From positions 2,497 to 66,496 of the forward strand of contig JAGAWU010000049.1 in NCBI GenBank assembly GCA_017941235.1: a DNA stretch of 64,000 bases, in the 5' to 3' direction. The DNA comes from Bacilli bacterium. GTDB lineage: Bacteria > Bacillota_I > Bacilli_A > RF39 > UBA660. A program made the position numbers and the translations under genes. This document shows positions 18,141 to 28,049 of the stretch, piece by piece. The notes under the pieces are model-generated. The model was not told the origin of the DNA. It saw only the letters and a program-made list of their open reading frames with translations, and ran no database searches. Position 1 is the stretch's first letter; each line of letters opens with the position of its first letter.

Positions 18141-20168
18141 ATGATAACAATTGAAGAAGAAAAGAAAGAAAAAGAATTCTTAAAGGAAACTAGTAAAAAA
18201 TTAGAAAAGACAATTAATGATTTAAGAAACGAAGTTAGTGTTTCTTTTTCTGATTTAACTGATTTTAAAAAACTTGTTTGGTCTGATTCAAATTCTTTTG
18301 ATAGTGCAGATCAAGTACAGGCTAAAATGCTTACTAATGAAGAAGAAGTTAAGATACTACGTAAAGAAGATTACTTAAAGAAACTTCTTAAAATAGAAAA
18401 GAAACCATATTTTGGATCTATTATATATAAAGATAATGAGAGTAGTGAAGAGGAACTTATATACATATCTACTACATATTTGAAGGACGAAAATGATATT
18501 AATATTATATATGATTGGAGAAGTCCTATATGTAGTTTGTTTTATGATTTTGAAACTGGTCCTTGTTATTTTTGTGCTCCCGGTGGTAAGTTTGAAGGAA
18601 ATCTTATTCGTAAAAGACAATATAAAATAGAAGATAATTATTTAGTAGGTGTTTTTGATAATTCACTTAATATAGATGATGAACTTTTACAAGAGGTTTT
18701 ATCTACTTCTTCGAGTGATAAAATGAAGAATGTTGTTAATACTATTCAAAAAGAACAGAATCAAGTTATTCGTAATTTAACTGATAAGAACTTAATTGTA
18801 CAGGGAATAGCTGGTTCTGGTAAAACTTCTGTAGCACTTCACAGAATAGCTTTTTTGCTTTATAGACTTGAACATTTAAACTCTAATAATATACTTATCT
18901 TTTCACCTAATAATATATTTACTGATTATATATCTAATGTTCTTCCTGAACTAGGTGAAGAAAATACTCTTCAAACAACGTTTAACGACTATTTAAGCTT
19001 CTTTGTTACTGAGTATAAGGGAATAGAGGATTATTCTGATTTTATATCTAGATATTATACTTATGAAGAGGATAATGTTAAACTTGTTAAATATAAACAA
19101 AGTGATGAGATAGTTTCTGATTTTGATAAGTATATAGATTTTTATATAGAAAATTCTAAATTTATAAAAGATATTCGTGAAGGTGAACATAATTTTGTAT
19201 CTCGTAATGATTTAAATGAACTTCTTCATGAAAAGTATTCTAGATTTCCTCTTTTTGAAAGATTAGATGAGATGGCAGAAAAAATTTGTTATGGTTTTTA
19301 TAATGGTAAACTTAAGAAAAAAGCTACTTTTAGAAAACTTATTAAAGAATCTATTAATTTTAGTGAAGATCTTAAACTAATATATAAGCATTTCTTTTTG
19401 AGTAATTTTTCTAGAATTAAGCTTACGCCTATGGAAGTTGATTCTTTTGTTGATAAGGATATCATAAATTATGAGGATGCTTTATTATTTAGTTATTTAA
19501 AGGGAAGACTTGCTGGTTTTCCTTATGAAAATAATATTAGACAAGTAGTTATTGATGAGGCACAAGATTATAATAGATTACAATATGTAATTATTTCTAA
19601 AATATTTAGAAAGGCTGCTTTTACTATTTTAGGTGATATTAATCAAAATATAAATCCTTATTATGCACATAAATCACTTGAAAATTTAAAAGATTTATTT
19701 ATTGATTCTAAATATATTGAACTTCTTAAAACTTATAGATCATCACCTCAAATTATTGAATATACTAATAAAATACTAGGGTTAAAACATGTAACTGCTA
19801 TTAGAAGGCGTAATTCTAGACCTGTTTCTTTAAGAAGAAATATTGTAGACTTAAAGAAAACATTAATAGAAGATATTAATTTACTAGAACTTGATTATAT
19901 TAAAATAGCTGTTATTACTAAGGATAAGTATATTGCTGAAAGATTATATAATTCTATTAAAGATAGTGTGGAGGTATCATTAGTTGATGAACATACTAAA
20001 GAGAATCGTAAAGACTTAGTGGTTATTCCTGCTTATCTTGCTAAGGGATTAGAATTTGATGCTGTAATAGTTTATAACGATCCTAAATCTCGTTATAAAA
20101 GAGAAGAGAAGAATTTACTTTATGTAGCATGTACTAGAGCTCAACATGAACTTTACATTTATAACTAA
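18141..20168 (+). CDS. helD: UvrD-like helicase, HelD (helicase IV) type
   Basis: GIAGSGKTSVALHRIAFLLY Walker A, VVIDEAQD Walker B, C-terminal ...LYVACTRAQHEL. The start is 18141 or 18114. Confidence 0.75.
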   Translation: MITIEEEKKEKEFLKETSKKLEKTINDLRNEVSVSFSDLTDFKKLVWSDSNSFDSADQVQAKMLTNEEEVKILRKEDYLKKLLKIEKKPYFGSIIYKDNESSEEELIYISTTYLKDENDINIIYDWRSPICSLFYDFETGPCYFCAPGGKFEGNLIRKRQYKIEDNYLVGVFDNSLNIDDELLQEVLSTSSSDKMKNVVNTIQKEQNQVIRNLTDKNLIVQGIAGSGKTSVALHRIAFLLYRLEHLNSNNILIFSPNNIFTDYISNVLPELGEENTLQTTFNDYLSFFVTEYKGIEDYSDFISRYYTYEEDNVKLVKYKQSDEIVSDFDKYIDFYIENSKFIKDIREGEHNFVSRNDLNELLHEKYSRFPLFERLDEMAEKICYGFYNGKLKKKATFRKLIKESINFSEDLKLIYKHFFLSNFSRIKLTPMEVDSFVDKDIINYEDALLFSYLKGRLAGFPYENNIRQVVIDEAQDYNRLQYVIISKIFRKAAFTILGDINQNINPYYAHKSLENLKDLFIDSKYIELLKTYRSSPQIIEYTNKILGLKHVTAIRRRNSRPVSLRRNIVDLKKTLIEDINLLELDYIKIAVITKDKYIAERLYNSIKDSVEVSLVDEHTKENRKDLVVIPAYLAKGLEFDAVIVYNDPKSRYKREEKNLLYVACTRAQHELYIYN

Positions 20169-20206
20169 TTATGGTATAATATGCCCTATAAAAACGGGGG
20201 ATTAAT

Positions 20207-21712
20207 ATGAAAACTAGTGATTTTTTGGAATTTAATAGTAGAACTGTAAGAATGAAACTTGATAAAGCATATTTTGATAAATTAAATTTTAAACTTGGAA
20301 AAGATATTAAGAATTGTGTTATTGAATTAGTAAAGAAAGAAATTAGTTCTTCTTGTGATAGAAATAAAGATATTAATTATGATGATTTAGAAAAAATTAC
20401 TGATAAAGTTTTTTCTTCTTTTTTTACTAATAATATTTTAAATATTGATTTTTTATGTAAAATTATAGAAGAAAATTTTGAATTTACTGATAATTATTAT
20501 GATTCACTTATTTCCCTTAATAAACTTGCTTATATTATTGAAAAAGCTGGAATTTATTTATCTGAAAAATATATTTTTGAACTTATGGAAAGAAGTGCAG
20601 TATTAAGAGAAAATGTTCAAACTATAGTAGTTAATAAGAAAGAAGATATACAGAATGGTAAACTTAATAATATTATTAAGAATGATATTATGCTTATTAT
20701 AATTAATGTTTATCTATCTATGTATTCTTTTAATAATAGTGTTAAAAGTGATGATATAAAGTATTCTTCGAAGACAATTAAGAAACAAGATAAAAATATT
20801 AAAGAGCCCTCTAGTAAAAAAAGAAGTAAAAAGGATGATAGTTTTAAAATAGTTAGTGAATTATTATGTGACTATGATTATTCTTCTTATGTTTCTTTTA
20901 TAAATAGTTTTTCTCCTCTTACTTTTGAAGAAGAAATTGATTTAGGTAAAAAGATTAGAAAGGGAGATTTAAAGGCACGTGATTTACTTGTTTATCATAA
21001 TCTAAAACTTGTTGCTATAATTACACAGAAATATATAACTTCTGGGGTTGAATTACTTGATTTAATTAGTGAGGGTAATATTGGACTTATTAAAGCAGCT
21101 TCTAAATATGATTATACTAGAGGTGTTAGATTTGCAACTGTTGCTAGTTGGTGGATTAATCAATGTATTAGCCGCACTATTGATAATCAAAGTGCAAGTA
21201 TTAGAATACCGGTATATAAGAGAGCACAAATTACAAAATATTTAAAGGCTAAAGAACAAGTTACTAGTAAAATTTTACATAATCCTTCAATAAAAGAACT
21301 TTCTTATTATCTTGATATGTCAATAGAAGAAATTAGTTATTTTGAAAATTTACTTGCTGATACAGTTAGTTTAAATTCAATTTTAGATGATGAAAATAAT
21401 AGTGAACTTCAAGATTTAATTTTAGCTCCTTTAGATTCGTTACTTGATTTAGTAGTTGTAGAAGATAATAAAGAGGAAATTAGAAAATTACTTGATTCTG
21501 AGAATATTAATGTTATTGAAAAAGAAGTTGTTCGTAGACATTTAGGATTTTATGGTAATGAAGAAAGCTTTACTGATATGTCTAAATCTTTTAAACTCTC
21601 TAGAGAAAGAATTAGAGTTATTTTTAATACTGCAATTAATAAAATTAAAGCAGGAGAAAATAAAGAAAAATATAGGGAATTTCTTGGGCAAAAAATGTAT
21701 GTTAAAAAATAA
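20207..21712 (+). CDS. RpoD-like sigma-70 family factor with an unrelated N-terminal domain of about 230 aa
   Basis: Regions 1.2-4 are recognisable: EEEIDLGKKIRKGD, NLKLVAIITQKY, DLISEGNIGLIKAASKYD, WWINQCISRTI, IRIPVY, SRERIRVIFNTAINKIK. GGGGGA SD. Confidence 0.8.
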   Translation: MKTSDFLEFNSRTVRMKLDKAYFDKLNFKLGKDIKNCVIELVKKEISSSCDRNKDINYDDLEKITDKVFSSFFTNNILNIDFLCKIIEENFEFTDNYYDSLISLNKLAYIIEKAGIYLSEKYIFELMERSAVLRENVQTIVVNKKEDIQNGKLNNIIKNDIMLIIINVYLSMYSFNNSVKSDDIKYSSKTIKKQDKNIKEPSSKKRSKKDDSFKIVSELLCDYDYSSYVSFINSFSPLTFEEEIDLGKKIRKGDLKARDLLVYHNLKLVAIITQKYITSGVELLDLISEGNIGLIKAASKYDYTRGVRFATVASWWINQCISRTIDNQSASIRIPVYKRAQITKYLKAKEQVTSKILHNPSIKELSYYLDMSIEEISYFENLLADTVSLNSILDDENNSELQDLILAPLDSLLDLVVVEDNKEEIRKLLDSENINVIEKEVVRRHLGFYGNEESFTDMSKSFKLSRERIRVIFNTAINKIKAGENKEKYREFLGQKMYVKK

Positions 21713-21785
21713 ATTTATTTATATAAAAAGAGATTAACTCTTTTTATTTTTTATTTATTATGTTATTATTATTATGGTGATTGAA

Positions 21786-22196
21786 ATGAAGAATCGTAGT
21801 GAATTAAGAGAAATAGCAATGAAATGTTTATATCAAGTATATATAATGGAACCTACTAAACTTGATTATGATATTTCTGAACTTATACATGAACAATTAG
21901 AAGTTGAAAATGACTTTGTTAATACATTAGTTAATGGTGTTATTACTAATCAAAATAGTATTGATGAACTTGCTAATAAGTATTTAGAAAACTGGACTAT
22001 TGATAGACTTAATAAGGTTGATAAGGCTATACTTTCTATTGGTATTTTTGAACTTAAATATACTGAGACTCCTTCTGTTGTTTCTATAAATGAAGCTATA
22101 GAGCTTTCTAAGAAATATAGTGATGAAGCTGTTACTAAGATGATTAATGGTGTTTTAGATAATATTTATCATAATGAGGATATAGATGAAAGATAA
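21786..22196 (+). CDS. nusB: Transcription antitermination factor NusB
   Basis: RSELREIAMKCLYQ..., DRLNKVDKAILSIGIFEL, INEAIELSKKY. The ATG follows GGTGA. Confidence 0.85.
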   Translation: MKNRSELREIAMKCLYQVYIMEPTKLDYDISELIHEQLEVENDFVNTLVNGVITNQNSIDELANKYLENWTIDRLNKVDKAILSIGIFELKYTETPSVVSINEAIELSKKYSDEAVTKMINGVLDNIYHNEDIDER

Positions 22197-23439
22197 ATAT
22201 ATTACAGTTATACAACTTAGTAAGTATTTAAAATATAAGTTTGATAATGATGTTAATTTAGATACAGTTTATTTAAAGGGTGAAATATCTAACTTTAAAG
22301 CTCATTCTAGAGGACATTTTTATTTTACTTTAAAGGATGAAGAATCAAGAATAAATGCTGTTATGTTTTCTTCTAGTGCTAGTAAAATTAAATTTACTCC
22401 TCAGGATGGTATGAAAGTACTTGTTACTGGTAAGGTTACTGTGTATCCTCAAAATGGAGGTTATCAAATATATGTAAATGAGATGCTTGAAGATGGTGTT
22501 GGTAATTTATATATTGCTTATGAACAGTTAAAAAAGAAACTTGAAGATGAAGGATTATTTGATAAATCACATAAGAAAAAGATACCGTATATACCTAATA
22601 GAATAGGCGTTGTTACTGCTCCTACTGGTGCTGCTATTAGAGATATAATATCAACTATAAAAAGACGTTGGCCACTTGCTGAAGTAATACTTTTTCCTTC
22701 TTTGGTACAAGGTGAGTTTGCTAAAGAAGATATAGTTAAACAAATTAAGAGAGCAGAGGATTATAATCTAGATACTTTAATTGTTGGACGTGGTGGAGGA
22801 AGTATAGAGGATTTATGGGCATTTAATGAAGAAATAGTTGCTCGTGCAATATATGAATGCTCTATTCCTGTAATTAGCGCTGTAGGGCATGAAATTGATT
22901 TTACTATAGCTGATTTTGTAGCGGATATGCGTGCTCCTACACCTACAGGTGCTGCTGAGATTTCAGTACCTAATTTATCTGATGTAAGTAATTTAATTTC
23001 ACAAATTAATATAAGACTTAATAAAGCTATTTCTAACAAAATAGAATTTAGCCGTAGAAGACTTTTAGATGTTAAAAGTAGACATATATTTAAAGAACCT
23101 ATTAAAATATATGAAGCTAAAGAACAGAAATTTGACTTTTTAATGGAAAAATTAAAATTTAATATACTAAATATTTATACTAATAGATCTAATAGTTATT
23201 TAAAAATTAAAGAGAATATTATATTTAAAAATCCTAATGTATTATTTGAGAAGAAACAAAATGATTATTTAAGATTAATTAGTAAACTTGAGACACTTAG
23301 TCCATTATTAACAATTAAGAGAGGTTATTCTATTTCTAGAGTTAATAATAAAGTGATAAATAGTGTTAAAGATGTAAAGAAGAAAGATTTAGTGGAGATA
23401 GAACTTTCTGATGGAAAAATAAATGCGGAGGTAGTTTAA
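22186..23439 (+). CDS. xseA: Exodeoxyribonuclease VII large subunit
   Basis: OB-fold N-terminus, ...IGVVTAPTGAAIRDI..., GRGGGSIEDLWAFNEE. It overlaps the nusB stop. Confidence 0.9.
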   Translation: MKDKYITVIQLSKYLKYKFDNDVNLDTVYLKGEISNFKAHSRGHFYFTLKDEESRINAVMFSSSASKIKFTPQDGMKVLVTGKVTVYPQNGGYQIYVNEMLEDGVGNLYIAYEQLKKKLEDEGLFDKSHKKKIPYIPNRIGVVTAPTGAAIRDIISTIKRRWPLAEVILFPSLVQGEFAKEDIVKQIKRAEDYNLDTLIVGRGGGSIEDLWAFNEEIVARAIYECSIPVISAVGHEIDFTIADFVADMRAPTPTGAAEISVPNLSDVSNLISQINIRLNKAISNKIEFSRRRLLDVKSRHIFKEPIKIYEAKEQKFDFLMEKLKFNILNIYTNRSNSYLKIKENIIFKNPNVLFEKKQNDYLRLISKLETLSPLLTIKRGYSISRVNNKVINSVKDVKKKDLVEIELSDGKINAEVV

Positions 23440-23440
23440 T

Positions 23441-23671
23441 ATGGCAAAAGAGAAAGAATTAAGTTTTGAAGAAAATTTAGAAAAATTAGAAAATTTAGTA
23501 AAAGATTTAGAAAATGGTAATATTCCTTTAGATGATGCTATAGAAAAGTATAAAGAAGCAATGACACTTTCAAAAGTTTGCGATGAAAAATTAAAAAATG
23601 CAGAGGAAGCTATTACTAAAATAGTTGCACCTGATGGTGAACTTCAAGACTTTGAAATAAAAGAGGATTAA
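23441..23671 (+). CDS. xseB: Exodeoxyribonuclease VII small subunit
   Basis: 76 aa, SFEENLEKLENLVKDLENGNIPLDDAI motif, directly after xseA. Confidence 0.9.
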   Translation: MAKEKELSFEENLEKLENLVKDLENGNIPLDDAIEKYKEAMTLSKVCDEKLKNAEEAITKIVAPDGELQDFEIKED

Positions 23672-23763
23672 TAATAAAACTTCATTTGAAGTTTTTTTCT
23701 TTTTAAATAAGTTAATACGTGGTATAATTATATAGAAGTTATAATAATATTAGGAGAAGATAT

Positions 23764-24987
23764 ATGGAATTTTGCATACTTAATGAAAAAGAGTTTAGAA
23801 AATTTTTAGATAGTAATGAACAGAGAACATTTTTACAAACTCCAGAAATAGGTAAACTTCGTGAAAAGTCTGGTTGGGTTGTTCATTATTTAGGAGTAAA
23901 AGAAAATAAAAAAGTAATAGCAGCTGCTATGTTTGTATCTATTACTAAACATTTTGGTTATAAAGAATTTTATTCACCAAGAGGATTACTTGTAGATTAT
24001 CATAATAAAGAATTACTTGATTTTTTTACAAAAAATATAAAAGAATATGTTAAAAAGAATAAGGGATATGAGTTTAGAATTGATCCTTATGTAATAAATG
24101 TAGAAAGAGATACTAATGGAGATATAGTTGAAGGTGGTATAGATAATAGAGATATTAGAGAAAATTTATTATCACTAGGGTATAAAAGAGTAAAAAAAGA
24201 AGATATGGAACAAGTTGGATGGATGTATGTTCTTGATATTGATGGTAAAACCGAAGATGAAGTTTTAAAAAATATGAAACCTAATACACGTAATACTATT
24301 CGTAAAACTTTAAAGAATGGTATTGAAATAGTTGAACTTGAAAAGAAAGATTTACCACTTTTTCATAAAATTATGATTGAAACTGGTCAAAGAAAAGGTT
24401 TTTCTATTCGCAAGCTTGACTATTTTGAAAATATGTATGACTTATTTTATCCTCGTGGTGAGATTAAATATTTACTTACTAAGTTAGACCTTTCTAAACA
24501 TATTCAAATGCTTGAACAAGATAAAGAAAAACAATTAGAGGAAAAAAATAAACTTAGTGATGCTAAATACAATGATGGTAAAAGAAAAGCATTTGATAAT
24601 GCTATAAGTGGCCTTGATAAAAGAATTGAACATGCTAAAGAATTAATTGATAAACATGGAAAGGTTATTAATTTATCTAGTTCAATGTTTATTATGACTG
24701 ATCCTGAGGTTGTTTATTTATCTAGTGGTAATTATGAAGAATTTATGTCTTATAATTCGCAATATTTAATACAATGGGAAATGATTAAATATGGTATAGA
24801 ACATGGCTTTAAAAGATATAATTTTTATGGTATTACTGGTAATTTTGATAAAAATGATAAAGATTATGGTATATATGAATTTAAAACAGGTTTTAATGGT
24901 TTTGTTGAAGAATTAGTTGGAGAATTTTCTTATCCTGTTTCACCTATGTATTATGTGTTTAAATTAATTAAGAAGGTAAGGAAGTAA
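23764..24987 (+). CDS. FemAB-family peptidoglycan interpeptide-bridge aminoacyltransferase
   Basis: 407 aa. FLQTPE...G, a central coiled-coil insertion, and C-terminal YNFYGI...YEFKTGF, typical of FemA/FemB/FemX/MurM. Confidence 0.8.
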   Translation: MEFCILNEKEFRKFLDSNEQRTFLQTPEIGKLREKSGWVVHYLGVKENKKVIAAAMFVSITKHFGYKEFYSPRGLLVDYHNKELLDFFTKNIKEYVKKNKGYEFRIDPYVINVERDTNGDIVEGGIDNRDIRENLLSLGYKRVKKEDMEQVGWMYVLDIDGKTEDEVLKNMKPNTRNTIRKTLKNGIEIVELEKKDLPLFHKIMIETGQRKGFSIRKLDYFENMYDLFYPRGEIKYLLTKLDLSKHIQMLEQDKEKQLEEKNKLSDAKYNDGKRKAFDNAISGLDKRIEHAKELIDKHGKVINLSSSMFIMTDPEVVYLSSGNYEEFMSYNSQYLIQWEMIKYGIEHGFKRYNFYGITGNFDKNDKDYGIYEFKTGFNGFVEELVGEFSYPVSPMYYVFKLIKKVRK

Positions 24988-24990
24988 AGT

Positions 24991-25260
24991 ATGAATATTG
25001 AAGTTGGAGATTTATTAACTTTAGATGATAAAAAAGATTATTTTGTTGTAGCTATATCAAATAAAAATAATAATATTTACTATTGTTTAGCATCAATTAA
25101 TGATATTGATTTTAAAGTATTTAAGTTAAATAGTTTTGATGATAGTTTAGAGCTTATAGATAAAGTATCTTTATCTAGTGATTTAATAGTTGAATTTGCA
25201 TCTAGTTATAAAAATTATTTACATGGAGTATATAGTAAAATGGGAGTAGTTAATGGATAG
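24991..25260 (+). CDS. Small acidic hypothetical protein (89 aa)
   Basis: ORF 4 nt after the fem-family stop. Possibly DUF1292-like in pattern, which is a weak call. Confidence 0.5.
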   Translation: MNIEVGDLLTLDDKKDYFVVAISNKNNNIYYCLASINDIDFKVFKLNSFDDSLELIDKVSLSSDLIVEFASSYKNYLHGVYSKMGVVNG

Positions 25261-25600
25261 TAGTAATAAAATATTTAAAATAATTAAAGTGGTAAAATCG
25301 AGTGATTTTTCTGATGAAATCACGTTACTTTTAAATTGTTTTGTTTTTGGATTAGATTCTTTAACTTTTGATAATAGAATACTTAAAAGTATTGATTCAA
25401 ATAATCTTAATTGCAGTATTTCTGATAAGAAGTTAGAAACTCTAGTTAATTCATTTAAGAATGATTATATAGGTTTTAAAAATCAAAATGGAGAACTCAA
25501 TAGACAAAAATTAGAGAATAGTTTTGGCCAATTAAACTTTGTATTGAATGATCATTTGGAGAAATATAATAATAGTATTTCTTTTGACAAAAAGATGTAA
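25253..25600 (+). CDS. Hypothetical protein (115 aa)
   Basis: Its start overlaps the previous ORF by 8 nt. A terminator hairpin follows (TAAATCTACAT/ATGTAGATTT plus T-run). Confidence 0.5.
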   Translation: MDSSNKIFKIIKVVKSSDFSDEITLLLNCFVFGLDSLTFDNRILKSIDSNNLNCSISDKKLETLVNSFKNDYIGFKNQNGELNRQKLENSFGQLNFVLNDHLEKYNNSISFDKKM

Positions 25601-25689
25601 GTAAATCTACATAATGTAGATTTCTTTTTTTTGTTATGATATAATTATTAGGTATTGTATAGAGTTAAAAAAGAGAAGAGTGATTATGT

Positions 25690-27333
25690 ATGAAAAAAAA
25701 TGCTTTAAAAAAAAGTTCTTTTGTTGAAGGGACTTTAATTGCAACACTTGCTATTGTTTTTACTAAAATACTTGGTATGGTATATGTTATTCCTTTTTAT
25801 GCCATAGTTGGTGTACAGGGAAGTGCACTTTATTCATATGCTTATATTATTTATAATATATTTCTAGATATATCATCTGCTGGTCTTCCTATAGCAATTA
25901 GTAAAATAATTAATGAGTATAATACTTTAAATATGATGGATGCTAAACTTAGAGCATATCGTATTGGAAAGAGAATAATGCTTTATATAGCAGTTTCAAT
26001 ATTTATTATTCTTATGGTATTTGCTCCTCAAATTGCAAGAGCACTTTTAGGCGATTTAAAGGGTGGTAATACGGTAAGTGATGTTAGTTTTGCTATTAGA
26101 TGTGTTAGTTTTGCTATACTTGTTGTTCCTTTTTTAAGTGTTGAAAAAGGGTATTTGCAAGGGCATAAAATCATTAAAGTTTCTAGTATAAGTCAAATAC
26201 TTGAACAAGTAATTAGAATTGCTATAATACTTGGTGGTTCATATCTAGTTATTAAAGTTTTTAATAAGTCTGTAACACTTGCTGTTGGTGTAGCAGTACT
26301 TGGTGCTTTCTTTGGTGGAATAGTTGCTTATCTTTATGTTAGACATTCTGTAAATAAGAATAAAGGTGTTTTAGGACTTGATAAAGAATATAAAAAAGAT
26401 GAGGTTACTAATAAGGCTATACTAAAGAAAATATTTAGTTATGCTATACCTTTTATTATAATAAATATAGTTAGTAGTCTTTATAACTTTATTGATATGA
26501 CTCTTCTTCTTAGAACTATTAAGTATTTAAAGTTTTCTACCCAAGATGTTGAGTTTATCACAAGTGCTGTTGCTACTTGGGCTCCTAAAATTAATATGAT
26601 TGTAACATCAATTGCTATGGGTATGAGTACAAGTTTTATTCCTACAATGGTAAGTGCTTATACTATGAAAAAATGGGATGAAGTTAATAATAAGTTTAAT
26701 CAAGCTATTCAAATACTTTTATTAGTATCAATTCCTATGACTATAGGCCTTTCTCTTTTAAGCAGTGAAGTATGGGCTATGTTTTATGAACCTAGTATTA
26801 ATGGTAGTTATATACTTGCTTTAAATGTGTTTACTGGTCTTGCAATTAATATATATATGATTTCATCATCTGCTTTACAAGGTTTAAATAAGTTTAAAAT
26901 AGTATATTTATCTACAATAACTGGTTTTGTTACTAATGCTATTTTAGATGTACCATTAATGCTTCTTTATAGTAAAATAGGTATTCCACCATTTTTAGGT
27001 GCAGTTACTTCTAGTATAATTGGTTATACATTAAGTATTATAATTATATTTATTGCTCTTCATAAAGAATGTAATTTGAGGTATAAAAATACATTTAAAG
27101 TACTTTTAAAATTAATTGTTCCTATTACATTTATGATATTATTTGTTCTTATAGGAATGCATTTTATACCAGTTAATTTAAATAGTAAATTATCATGTGT
27201 GATATATGTTTGCTTAAATGCTATAATAGGTGGAACTGTATACTTAGTTATTACTTATAAGATGGGTATATTTAATTATGTGCTTGGTGACAGTTATGTT
27301 AATAAGTTTAAAAAGAAGATATTTAGAAGGTAA
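25690..27333 (+). CDS. MOP-superfamily flippase (SpoVB / YtgP / MurJ-like polysaccharide biosynthesis protein)
   Basis: 547 aa with about 14 predicted helices. The N-terminal region ...GTLIATLAIVFTKILGMVYVIPF... is typical of this family. Confidence 0.7.
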   Translation: MKKNALKKSSFVEGTLIATLAIVFTKILGMVYVIPFYAIVGVQGSALYSYAYIIYNIFLDISSAGLPIAISKIINEYNTLNMMDAKLRAYRIGKRIMLYIAVSIFIILMVFAPQIARALLGDLKGGNTVSDVSFAIRCVSFAILVVPFLSVEKGYLQGHKIIKVSSISQILEQVIRIAIILGGSYLVIKVFNKSVTLAVGVAVLGAFFGGIVAYLYVRHSVNKNKGVLGLDKEYKKDEVTNKAILKKIFSYAIPFIIINIVSSLYNFIDMTLLLRTIKYLKFSTQDVEFITSAVATWAPKINMIVTSIAMGMSTSFIPTMVSAYTMKKWDEVNNKFNQAIQILLLVSIPMTIGLSLLSSEVWAMFYEPSINGSYILALNVFTGLAINIYMISSSALQGLNKFKIVYLSTITGFVTNAILDVPLMLLYSKIGIPPFLGAVTSSIIGYTLSIIIIFIALHKECNLRYKNTFKVLLKLIVPITFMILFVLIGMHFIPVNLNSKLSCVIYVCLNAIIGGTVYLVITYKMGIFNYVLGDSYVNKFKKKIFRR

Positions 27334-27409
27334 TATCTTTTTTTAACTTGACTTATGCAAAAATATATGATACTATATAGACCTGTCTATTAATGAGGGG
27401 AGAGAAATT

Positions 27410-28021
27410 ATGAAAGAATTATTAAATTGTTATAAAGACACAACTGCTATGGTTAATTTTGATATTACTGCTGGAGCTGATATATCTGCTATGATGTCTA
27501 TATCTGAATTAGCTGAAAAGGTAGAAAAAAACATTTCAAATGGAGCAGGTGGATGTTGTATACATTCATCATTAATTCTTGCTAAAAAACTAAAAGAGAA
27601 TGGTATTACTTCAAGTTTTATTTATACTCGTGAACCATATGATTATAATGGTAAAGAAGTAATGGGAACTCGTGTTTCGGTTTTATATTATGATCAAGAT
27701 GCAAAAGAGTATTTTGTTGCTAATCCTGTTGAGGATGCTGAATTATTTACTATGTTAGGACTTGATAGTTCATTAAGATATGATAAATATAATTCAGATG
27801 GAACTGTTAGAATTCCAAAAAGTATTATGGGAACTATAGTATCTGAAGATGCTTCTAGAATTCCTGCTAGTGATTTCATTGAAAGATACGGTGATGGTGA
27901 AGCTTATATTTCATATGGTGTTATGGAAGATAGAAATAAGACTTTTGGTGAATTATTCTCTGAAAGAGCTATGGTCACTGCTGAAGATTTCAGTGCTAAA
28001 AGAGAAACAGTATTAAGATAA
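27410..28021 (+). CDS. Hypothetical protein (203 aa)
   Basis: ORF with a GGGGAGAG SD. No family recognised. It contains a GGCCIHSS motif. Confidence 0.55.
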   Translation: MKELLNCYKDTTAMVNFDITAGADISAMMSISELAEKVEKNISNGAGGCCIHSSLILAKKLKENGITSSFIYTREPYDYNGKEVMGTRVSVLYYDQDAKEYFVANPVEDAELFTMLGLDSSLRYDKYNSDGTVRIPKSIMGTIVSEDASRIPASDFIERYGDGEAYISYGVMEDRNKTFGELFSERAMVTAEDFSAKRETVLR

Positions 28022-28049
28022 TAAAAAAGAGTTTTTAAGAACTCTTTTT

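Noticed and set aside
21552-21737. A 61-aa + strand ORF overlapping the 3' end of the sigma factor gene. A 73-aa minus-strand ORF at 12349-12570 and a 68-aa minus-strand ORF at 39535-39741 were treated the same way.
   Set aside because: These are out-of-frame or antisense overlaps with supported genes or their promoters. They have no SD and consist of low-complexity sequence.
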